This document shows positions 57,866 through 64,000 of a stretch of DNA of 64,000 bases, one piece after another. Below the pieces are notes generated by a model that was not told the DNA's origin, did not search any database, and was given only the letters and a program-made list of their open reading frames with translations. How positions within the stretch are numbered: position 1 is the stretch's first letter; every line of letters begins with the position of its first letter. Source of the DNA: an uncultured bacterium (lineage in GTDB: Bacteria; Krumholzibacteriota; Krumholzibacteriia; Krumholzibacteriales; Krumholzibacteriaceae). A program made the translations under genes and the position numbers. The stretch spans positions 215,323 to 279,322 of the forward strand of contig CAWBAN010000001.1 in assembly GCA_963786935.1 (NCBI GenBank), read 5' to 3'.

Positions 57866-59740
57866 ATGCCCGGAACGGAGAAAGCGAAAATCATTGATAT
57901 GCAAGAGATTAAAGAATTGCACCATGGCTCGATCAGCGTCTGCATGATCGCCCGGGACGAGGAAGAGCGCATCGCCGAGGCGCTCGAGAGTGTCAAGGAT
58001 CTTGCCGGCGAGCTGATTGTTGTCGATACAGGCTCGAAGGACGCCACGATGTTCGAGGCGAGGCGGCTCGGCGCGAAGGTGTACGAAATCCCCTGGAACG
58101 ACGATTTCAGCGAGGCGCGGAACGTCGCGCTGTCGAAGGCGACGAGGGAATGGATCCTCGTCCTCGACGCGGACGAGCGCCTTTCCCGCGACGATCATGA
58201 AACGATCCGCGCTCTCGTGCGCGACGCGGCCTCGGAAGCATTCAGCTTCGAGCAGCGCACCTACACGAACGCGGCGTCCGGCCTGGGACTCCTCGCGGTA
58301 CAAGACGAACGAGCGGCCTCGGGGTGCGCCGCGCATTTCAGCGTCACCCAGATCCGGCTCTTTCGCGCGGATGCGGATATCCGCTACGCCTGCGAGCTTC
58401 ACGAGAGCGTCGAGGAATCGCTCCTCCTCGGGGGCATCCCTGTTCGCGACAGCGGGCTGGCGATCCATCACTACGGAAGAATCGCGCCCTCGGAGCGCGT
58501 CTCTCGGAAAGCGGCAGTCTGGTGCGCGCTCGCGCGGGAAGGCGTCGGGGCGTGTCCCGGCGCGCCGATGTATCTCTACGAGATGGCGGTTCGGCTCCTC
58601 GAGCTCGGCCGCGTCGACGGGGCGCTGGCGCACGCGGAGACGGCGCTCGATCTCTATCCCGAACACTGGGAATTCTGGAACGTCGCGGGGCTCGCGCGCC
58701 TGCGGAGCGGCGATCGCGAAGCGGCCGCCGCCTGTTTTCGCGACGGGCTGCGCATCGCCGATGAGCCGCACGCCGAGCTCAGCAACAACATGGGGGTCGC
58801 GCTCCTCGAGAACGGCGAGAGCGCCGAGGCGCTCCTCCATTTCGAGCGCTCCCTCGATCTCGACCCGGACAACCCGGACGTGCTGCGGAACGCGGCGACC
58901 GCGTGCGCCCTCGTCGGCGAGCTCGAACGGGGGCTCGAATATATCGCGCGCTCCATCGCGATCGATCCGTTCACGGCCCATTCTCACGCGGTCCACGCCG
59001 ATCTCCGCTGCCGGATGAACGACTGTCCCGCGGCGGCGCGTATCCTCGACGCGATGCGGTTTCTTCCCGAAACGCCCTTCAAGGTGCGCCTCAAGATGAT
59101 CCAGCTCTACATCCGCATGCACATGATCGACGAGGCGGACGCGGTCGTCCGGCGGGCCCTCGAGGAGTTCCCCGAGCGGGAGGACCTCCTCTACCTCGCG
59201 GGGAAGATCGCGGAGCTCCACGGCGACGACGACCGGGCGATCGGCCTCTATCGGGGCGCGCTCGCCGCGGGCGAGGGGCACGCCGACGCGCTCTCGAGCC
59301 TCGGCTGCATCTTCGAGCGCCGCTCGAACCTCGACGAGGCGCTCGCCGCGTTCCGCGAGGCGCTCCGCCTCAAGCCGCTCGACGCGCGGCTCGAGGTGAA
59401 CGTCGGCATCGTTCTCGATAAGCTCGGCCGGCTCGAGGAGGCGGAACGCCACTTCGAGAACGTGATCGGGAAGGAAGCGGAATCCGGATTCGCCTGCAAC
59501 GCCCTCGGGTGCCACCTCGCCAAATCGAACAAACTCGACGAGGCGCTCGTCTATTTCACGAAGGCGGTCGAGCTCGAGTCCGGCAACGCGATGTACTACC
59601 AGAACCTCGGGCTCGCCTGCGAACGGATGAATCTGAACGACCGCGCGGCGGCCGTGTACGAGCGCATGGCGGCGATCGATCCGGGAACCGCGCCGTTCGC
59701 GCGCGAGCGGCTCATGCGTCTCAAGAATCCGATCGGTTAG
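57866..59740 (+). CDS. Family-2 glycosyltransferase fused to a TPR-repeat domain
   Basis: GT2 region ISVCMIARDEEERIAEALESV...VVDTGSKD...LVLDADE. About 400 aa of TPR-like repeats follow (WNVAGLARLRSGDREAA..., NNMGVALLENGESAEA..., YQNLGLACERMN...). Confidence 0.82.
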   Translation: MPGTEKAKIIDMQEIKELHHGSISVCMIARDEEERIAEALESVKDLAGELIVVDTGSKDATMFEARRLGAKVYEIPWNDDFSEARNVALSKATREWILVLDADERLSRDDHETIRALVRDAASEAFSFEQRTYTNAASGLGLLAVQDERAASGCAAHFSVTQIRLFRADADIRYACELHESVEESLLLGGIPVRDSGLAIHHYGRIAPSERVSRKAAVWCALAREGVGACPGAPMYLYEMAVRLLELGRVDGALAHAETALDLYPEHWEFWNVAGLARLRSGDREAAAACFRDGLRIADEPHAELSNNMGVALLENGESAEALLHFERSLDLDPDNPDVLRNAATACALVGELERGLEYIARSIAIDPFTAHSHAVHADLRCRMNDCPAAARILDAMRFLPETPFKVRLKMIQLYIRMHMIDEADAVVRRALEEFPEREDLLYLAGKIAELHGDDDRAIGLYRGALAAGEGHADALSSLGCIFERRSNLDEALAAFREALRLKPLDARLEVNVGIVLDKLGRLEEAERHFENVIGKEAESGFACNALGCHLAKSNKLDEALVYFTKAVELESGNAMYYQNLGLACERMNLNDRAAAVYERMAAIDPGTAPFARERLMRLKNPIG

Positions 59741-59885
59741 GGGCGCCGCCGGCGCCGGTTTCCGGACAACGGGCTTCCGGGCGCATCTCCCTCCATCAAT
59801 CTCCCGCCTTGAACGGGACCGGCGTTCCATGAGACAATGGGCGAACGATGAATGCATTCGTTCGCATCAGCCGGGAGGCGCGCGC

Positions 59886-60692
59886 ATGAAACGTCCCGAG
59901 ATCGGGCTCGCCCTGAGCGGCGGCGTGGCGAAGAGCGCGGCGCACATCGGGGTCCTTCGCGCCCTCGTCGAACAGAAGATCAAGATCGACTATCTCGCCG
60001 GCACGAGCGGCGGCGCGATCGTGGCCTCGTTCTTCGCCGCGGGAAAATCGGTCGCCGAGCTCGAGGCGCTGGGCACGGGCATGCACTGGAAGGACCTCGC
60101 CGGGATCACAGTGCCCCGCCTCGGATTCCTTTCCGGCGAGAAGGTGAGGAAGTTCGTCGCGGACGAGATCGGGGACGTCGAGTTCCGCGATCTCAAGATC
60201 CCCCTCGCGATCGTCGCGTCCGATCTCACCGCGGGAACGCGCAGGGTGTTCACCACGGGGAAGGTCGCGCTCGCGTGCCAGGCGAGCAGCGCGGTCCCCG
60301 AGTTCTACACGCCGGTCGAAATCGGCGGGCATCTCTTCATCGACGGCGGGCTCTCGGAGTACGTTCCCATCGAGGCCCTCGCTTCGCTCGGGGATATGTT
60401 CCGGATCGGCGTCAATCTCGGCTTCGAGCGGGGATCGAAGCGCAAGCCGCGCAATCTCATTGAGGTGACCTTCGAGGTCACCAACTACATCTCGCAGCAG
60501 AACGCCGCGATCTCGGAGCGGCATGCGGACTTCATGATCAAGCCCGATCTCAGCGCATTCACGCCGTTCGACCTCGTCCGAGCCGCGGAGATGATCAGGA
60601 CCGGATATCTCGAGACGATGCGCATCATCCCGGAGCTCAACGCGGCGCTTCTCGCCCGCGGCGCGGGACCAGCGACGGAGGACACGGCATGA
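59886..60692 (+). CDS. Patatin-like phospholipase
   Basis: In-frame ATG 59886. Oxyanion LSGGVAKSAAHIGV, nucleophile GTSGG, catalytic Asp in FIDGG. Confidence 0.88.
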   Translation: MKRPEIGLALSGGVAKSAAHIGVLRALVEQKIKIDYLAGTSGGAIVASFFAAGKSVAELEALGTGMHWKDLAGITVPRLGFLSGEKVRKFVADEIGDVEFRDLKIPLAIVASDLTAGTRRVFTTGKVALACQASSAVPEFYTPVEIGGHLFIDGGLSEYVPIEALASLGDMFRIGVNLGFERGSKRKPRNLIEVTFEVTNYISQQNAAISERHADFMIKPDLSAFTPFDLVRAAEMIRTGYLETMRIIPELNAALLARGAGPATEDTA

Positions 60693-61534
60693 AGCTCGGT
60701 CAGTTCGAAATCAGGGCGGTCGAAACGGGGCGGTTCAGGCTCGACGGGGGGGCGATGTTCGGCGTGGTGCCGAAGGTGCTCTGGAGCAGGACGAATCCCG
60801 CCGACGAGAGCAACCGGATCGCGATGGCGATGCGGGTCCTCTACGTCGAGGGGGACGGGCGCCGGCTCCTCGTCGACGGCGGCTCGGGCACGGATTTCGG
60901 CGAGAAGATGAATCGCATATACCAGATAGAGACGCGGGGGCTCCGCGCGGCGCTCGAGAGCGCGCGCATCGATCCCGATTCGATCACCGACGCGATCGCG
61001 ACGCATCTGCACTTCGATCACGCGGGGGGATTCTGCCGCCGCGGCCCCGGCGGAGGGATCGTCGTCACGCTGCCCCGGGCGATCCACCACATCCAGCGCC
61101 GGCAGTGGGAGACGGCGCTCAGCCCGACCGAGAAGGACCGCGCGAGCTTCTTCCCCGAGTTCCTCCTGCCGATCGAGAAGGCGGGGCTCCTGCGCCTCGC
61201 CGACGGCATCGTCGAGATATTCCCCGGCGTCACGCTTATCCCGACCGACGGACACACCTTCGGACACCAGGTCGTGCTCGTGTCGACCGCCGAGGGGAGT
61301 CTCCTGTACTGCGGCGATCTCATCCCGCTCGCATCGCACGTCAATCTGCCGTACATCATGGCGTACGATCATTTTCCCCTCAAGACGCTCGAGGAGAAGC
61401 GCCAGATGCTCGGGCGGGCCGCCGACGAGGGATGGATTCTCTTCTTCGAGCACGACCCCGAGATCGCCGCCGCGCGCGTGCGGCGGACCGATTCGGACGG
61501 ATTCATAATCACGGACATCGTGGAGATCGGATAG
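60689..61534 (+). CDS. MBL-fold metallo-hydrolase
   Basis: The ATG overlaps the patatin stop as ATGA. HLHFDHAGG motif, with later TDGHTFGH and FEHD. Confidence 0.82.
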   Translation: MKLGQFEIRAVETGRFRLDGGAMFGVVPKVLWSRTNPADESNRIAMAMRVLYVEGDGRRLLVDGGSGTDFGEKMNRIYQIETRGLRAALESARIDPDSITDAIATHLHFDHAGGFCRRGPGGGIVVTLPRAIHHIQRRQWETALSPTEKDRASFFPEFLLPIEKAGLLRLADGIVEIFPGVTLIPTDGHTFGHQVVLVSTAEGSLLYCGDLIPLASHVNLPYIMAYDHFPLKTLEEKRQMLGRAADEGWILFFEHDPEIAAARVRRTDSDGFIITDIVEIG

Positions 61535-61540
61535 CGCCCC

Positions 61541-62092
61541 ATGGGAGACGATGCCGAGCTGATGCGTCGGACCGCGCGCGGGGATTCGAGCGCCTTTCGG
61601 GGGCTCGTGGAGCGCCACGAGAAAGCGGGCTTCCGCTTCTTCCTGCGCCTCACCGGCAGCCCCGAGGACGCCGAAGATCTCACGCAGGAGCTCTTCGTCG
61701 CGATCTTCCGCTCGGCGGGGCGGTACACGGCCGATGCCCCCTTCAAAGCGTTTTTCTACCGCATCGCATCGAACCTCTCGGCGAGCTACCTGCGGAAGCG
61801 GAAGCTCCGGGCGGCGCCGTCGATCGACGAAATGGTCGATCGGGGTTTCGACGCGGCGTCCACGCGGCACGAGGACGATCCGGCCCTGTCCCTCGCCGGA
61901 CGGGAGCTGCGGCGGCGCTACGAACGCGCGCTCGCCGATCTTCCGCGCGACTGGCGGATTGCGCTCGAGCTGCGAGTCACCGGGGAGCTCTCGTACGAGG
62001 AGATCGCCGCGGCGACGGGGAAGAGCGTCTCGGCGGTGGAGTCGATCCTCGTGAGGGCGCGTGAGCGCATAGCCGAGAAACTGGACGATTGA
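61541..62092 (+). CDS. ECF-type RNA polymerase sigma factor
   Basis: Region 2 (FRGLVERHEKAGFRFFLRLTGSPEDAEDLTQELFV) and region 4 (LPRDWRIALELRVTGELSYEEIAAATGKSVSAVESILVRARE). Confidence 0.9.
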   Translation: MGDDAELMRRTARGDSSAFRGLVERHEKAGFRFFLRLTGSPEDAEDLTQELFVAIFRSAGRYTADAPFKAFFYRIASNLSASYLRKRKLRAAPSIDEMVDRGFDAASTRHEDDPALSLAGRELRRRYERALADLPRDWRIALELRVTGELSYEEIAAATGKSVSAVESILVRARERIAEKLDD

Positions 62093-62120
62093 TGAATATT
62101 TTTTCTATTTTTCCGCAGGA

Positions 62121-62140
62121 CATCGCGCGCTCGCGCGATG
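62121..62140. promoter_or_regulatory. Near-perfect 20-bp palindrome in the sigma / anti-sigma spacer
   Basis: catcgcgcg-ct-cgcgcgatg, with 9-bp arms. A T-rich tract (tattttttctattttt) precedes it and the GAGGAGGAG RBS of the anti-sigma gene follows it. Confidence 0.5.
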
Positions 62141-62166
62141 AAACAGAGGAAGAGGAGGAGCCCGGA

Positions 62167-62613
62167 ATGGATTGCCGGAGATTTCGGACGATGGTTTCCC
62201 GGGAGCTCGACGGAGCGCTCGACGGGGCCGGACGGGAAAAGCTCGACGCGCACCTCGCCTTATGCGGGGGGTGCCGGAGATTCAAGGAGCTTTCGCTCGC
62301 CGGCCTGTCGGCGCATCGCTCCGTGCGGGACGTCGAACCGCCCCCATCGCTGCTGCCGTCGATACTCGCGGCCGTCGAGGCCGCCCCGCGCCGGCGGCGG
62401 ATGAGCGGATGGCTGCGGATCGCCGTGCCGGCCGCGGCCGCGGCCGCGGCGGTCGTCGGCGTCTGGATGGGAGGTCTCATGCGCGAGACCTACGTTCCGG
62501 CGGGCGCGGGAAGCCAGACGGACGTTCTCGAGCTCACGTATCTCGACGAATATCCGCCCGGCTCGATGGGCGACATCCTCATGGTTTCGAACGGAGGAGG
62601 CGGAGATGAGTAG
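62167..62613 (+). CDS. zf-HC2 anti-sigma factor (single-pass membrane)
   Basis: ATG 62167 after GAGGAGGAG, inside track ORF 62089..62613. MDCRRF...H-x3-C-x2-C (DAHLALCGGC), a TM (WLRIAVPAAAAAAAVVGVWMGGL) and a short periplasmic tail. Confidence 0.8.
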   Translation: MDCRRFRTMVSRELDGALDGAGREKLDAHLALCGGCRRFKELSLAGLSAHRSVRDVEPPPSLLPSILAAVEAAPRRRRMSGWLRIAVPAAAAAAAVVGVWMGGLMRETYVPAGAGSQTDVLELTYLDEYPPGSMGDILMVSNGGGGDE

Positions 62614-63136
62614 GGACGGCTTGAAGATCGCCCTCGTTCTGTCTCTTGCCTTCAACGTGGCCGTGATCGGGGCCTTCATCTACGGTCTGGCCGGCGGGCC
62701 GATGCCGGGACGGTTCGGCCGTCCGCCGGCGTGCGGGCCGGGAGATCCGTTCGGCGGCCGCGGGATACGGCTCGCGAGGCAGATCGGCGTTCCGCACGAG
62801 CGCGCCATGCATTTCTCGCGGATCATGGCCGATTCGGCGGAAGGCATGCGGGATCTGCGCGAGACCCTGCAGCGCAGACGCGGAGAGCTCGTCGAGCTCA
62901 TCGGCGCGAGCGAGCCCGACGAGGCGGCGATCATGGCGAAGGTCGATGAAATATCGGCCATTCAGGGACAATTGGAGCGGAAGCTCATCCACCGGGTGCT
63001 GGGAGCGAGCTCGACGCTGCGGCCGCAGGAGCGGGCGCGGCTCATGCTCATGATTCGAACCAGATGCGGTGGGTGCGACATTGGTGTTCCGGAATGCCCC
63101 GAAGGGGCGGGAAAGGAAAGTGAGGTCGGGAAATGA
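62606..63136 (+). CDS. Periplasmic heavy-metal-sensor-like / Spy-CpxP-ZraP-like protein, membrane-anchored
   Basis: The ATG overlaps the anti-sigma stop. N-terminal TM. Helical domain (MRDLRETLQRRRGELVELIGASEPDEAAIMAKVDEISAIQGQLERKLI...LRPQERARLM). Cys-containing tail RCGGCDIGVPECPEG. Confidence 0.65.
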   Translation: MSRDGLKIALVLSLAFNVAVIGAFIYGLAGGPMPGRFGRPPACGPGDPFGGRGIRLARQIGVPHERAMHFSRIMADSAEGMRDLRETLQRRRGELVELIGASEPDEAAIMAKVDEISAIQGQLERKLIHRVLGASSTLRPQERARLMLMIRTRCGGCDIGVPECPEGAGKESEVGK

Positions 63137-64000
63137 AGAAAGGTCTCGTGATTCTCGTTGCTCTGTCGATCGCGCTGCTCATGGGCTCGTCGATGCTTCT
63201 CGCGCAGGAAAAGGCGTGCGCCGAAAAGGGGAAGGCGGCGTGCGCAAAGGAGATGAAGCTCACCGACGAGCAGAAGGCGAAAATCGATGAGATGAAGACG
63301 AACCTCCGCCTGAAGATGATCGATCTCAAGGCGGAACGGGAAAAGCTCGCCATCGCGCTGAAGACGGAGATGAAGAAGCCGGAGCCCTCCATGCAGGAGA
63401 TCGAGGGAATCGTGAAGAAGCTCTCCGCGGTTCGGGAGAAGATCCAGCTCGCGATGATCGAGCACCGGCTCGCGATGCGGAAGCTCGTCGGTCCCGAGGG
63501 CTGCAAGGGCCGATGCATGGGAATGGAAGAAGGGTGCGGGGAGATGGAGGCAATGGGCGGCTGCCGCGAGGAAATGGCGGGCGGCGGCGAGGGGCATGAC
63601 TGCCGAATGATGGGAAATAAGCAGAAAGGGATGCGCGAGGGATGCGGGATGCAGGCCCCGCGCATGATGGTTGTCAAAACCGACGGATCCGGCTGCACGA
63701 TGGGGCAGGGCGCGCCGGGGGCCGGCTGCGGCATGCGCGCCATGGCCGCCGGCTGCGGCGGCGGCGCCGCGCAGAGCGAGTGCACGGTCATCGTGATGAA
63801 GAAGGGTGGAGCGTGCTCCCCGCAGATTCACGACAAATGGGCCCATAGAATGTTCCGGCCGTGGGGCAAGCAGAACTGCTGCCCGTCGATGATGGGAAAA
63901 GGCGGCGCGCATAGCTGCGGCGCGGACGCGATGAAGGGCGGCTGCAAGATGGGAAAGGCCGACATGAACAGCGGCTGCAAGATGGGGAAGGGTGGCGCCG
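63133..64000 (+). CDS. Secreted Spy/CpxP-like (LTxxQ) protein with a Cys/Met/Gly-rich metal-binding-like tail; 3'-truncated at the window edge and absent from the ORF track
   Basis: ATG 63133 overlaps the upstream stop as ATGA. My own translation shows the frame open to base 64000 with no stop. Signal peptide MKKGLVILVALSIALLMGSSMLLA. KLTDEQKAKIDEM plus helices. From about 63500 there are repeated G-C-x-M units (GCKGRCMGM, GCGEM, GCGMQ, GCTMG, GCGMR, GCKMGK x2). Confidence 0.75.
   Translation, partial: MKKGLVILVALSIALLMGSSMLLAQEKACAEKGKAACAKEMKLTDEQKAKIDEMKTNLRLKMIDLKAEREKLAIALKTEMKKPEPSMQEIEGIVKKLSAVREKIQLAMIEHRLAMRKLVGPEGCKGRCMGMEEGCGEMEAMGGCREEMAGGGEGHDCRMMGNKQKGMREGCGMQAPRMMVVKTDGSGCTMGQGAPGAGCGMRAMAAGCGGGAAQSECTVIVMKKGGACSPQIHDKWAHRMFRPWGKQNCCPSMMGKGGAHSCGADAMKGGCKMGKADMNSGCKMGKGGA

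Noticed and set aside
57752-59857. 701-aa minus-strand ORF.
   Set aside because: It is antisense to the GT2-TPR gene, which has clear DxD and TPR signatures on the plus strand.
59886-61534. The patatin phospholipase + MBL hydrolase pair as a possible CBASS-like or other anti-phage effector module.
   Set aside because: No cyclase, nucleotidyltransferase, sensor or other defence-associated genes are adjacent. The patatin looks like a housekeeping RssA-type enzyme, and the flanks are ordinary metabolic and regulatory genes.
62962-63912. 316-aa and 247-aa minus-strand ORFs at the right edge, the only track ORFs covering 63140-63900.
   Set aside because: They are His/Ala/Pro/Arg-rich and low in complexity. 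The plus frame has an ATGA-coupled start, a signal peptide and an LTxxQ domain, and fits the operon context.
1-64000. Looked for CRISPR arrays, IS elements, integrases, prophage genes, rRNA, and compositional islands suggesting horizontal transfer.
   Set aside because: I saw no direct-repeat/spacer arrays, no transposase or integrase-like ORFs and no rRNA. The only compositional dips are short intergenic spacers and the putative major barrel gene. The tRNA-Leu is not flanked by integrase or attachment-like repeats.

Overview
This is a GC-rich, gene-dense chromosomal segment from a Gram-negative bacterium; G or C sits at almost every third codon position. I call about 57 protein genes and one tRNA. 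I see no rRNA, CRISPR array, transposase, integrase or prophage signal. All family calls come from motif recognition by eye, with no searches run.

The lineage is probably in the FCB superphylum but outside classical Bacteroidia. It has T9SS-type C-terminal sorting domains and a PorV-like barrel, yet it uses TTGACA-type promoters and strong GGAGG ribosome-binding sites.

Gene blocks, in order:
- 1-10330: TonB-dependent receptor, large T9SS-CTD secreted protein, PorV-like barrel, GWxTD protein, then exbB-exbD-exbD-tonB.
- 10593-18035: TolC, ABC ATPase, HlyD adaptor and two FtsX-type permeases, followed by a second GWxTD protein.
- 18041-22510: Dpp/Opp-type binding protein and two permeases with no ATPase gene, then a cytoplasmic NlpC/P60 peptidase.
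- 22590-25707: a strongly signalled Tyr-rich outer-membrane barrel gene with a roughly 300-nt leader, then a rhomboid-TPR fusion.
- 25735-33643: radC-mreBCD-mrdA-rodA-lgt-comF.
- 33785-38407: fba-gap-pgk-tpiA-secG-tRNA-Leu(GAG).
- 38442-48178: DUF4446 protein, second rhomboid, beta-helix protein, amidohydrolase, a frameshifted DUF885-like lipoprotein gene, resB, a frameshifted ccsA, and a 7-bladed propeller with a T9SS CTD.
- 48423-54680: a second ATPase-less Dpp-type importer interrupted by a membrane-anchored beta-CASP metallo-hydrolase, then a PP-loop ATPase.
- 54745-61534: NUDIX hydrolase, small OM barrel, PfkB kinase, phosphoesterase, GT2-TPR protein, patatin, MBL hydrolase.
- 61541-64000: ECF sigma, zf-HC2 anti-sigma, periplasmic metal-sensor-like protein, and an open-ended Spy/CpxP-like ORF with a Cys/Met-rich tail that the ORF track does not list.

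Best candidates for undescribed biology:
- the receptor / T9SS-cargo / PorV-like / GWxTD module;
- the duplicated GWxTD genes, each closing a trans-envelope operon;
- the exported beta-CASP hydrolase embedded in an ATPase-less importer;
- the Cys/Met-rich envelope-stress protein at the right edge.
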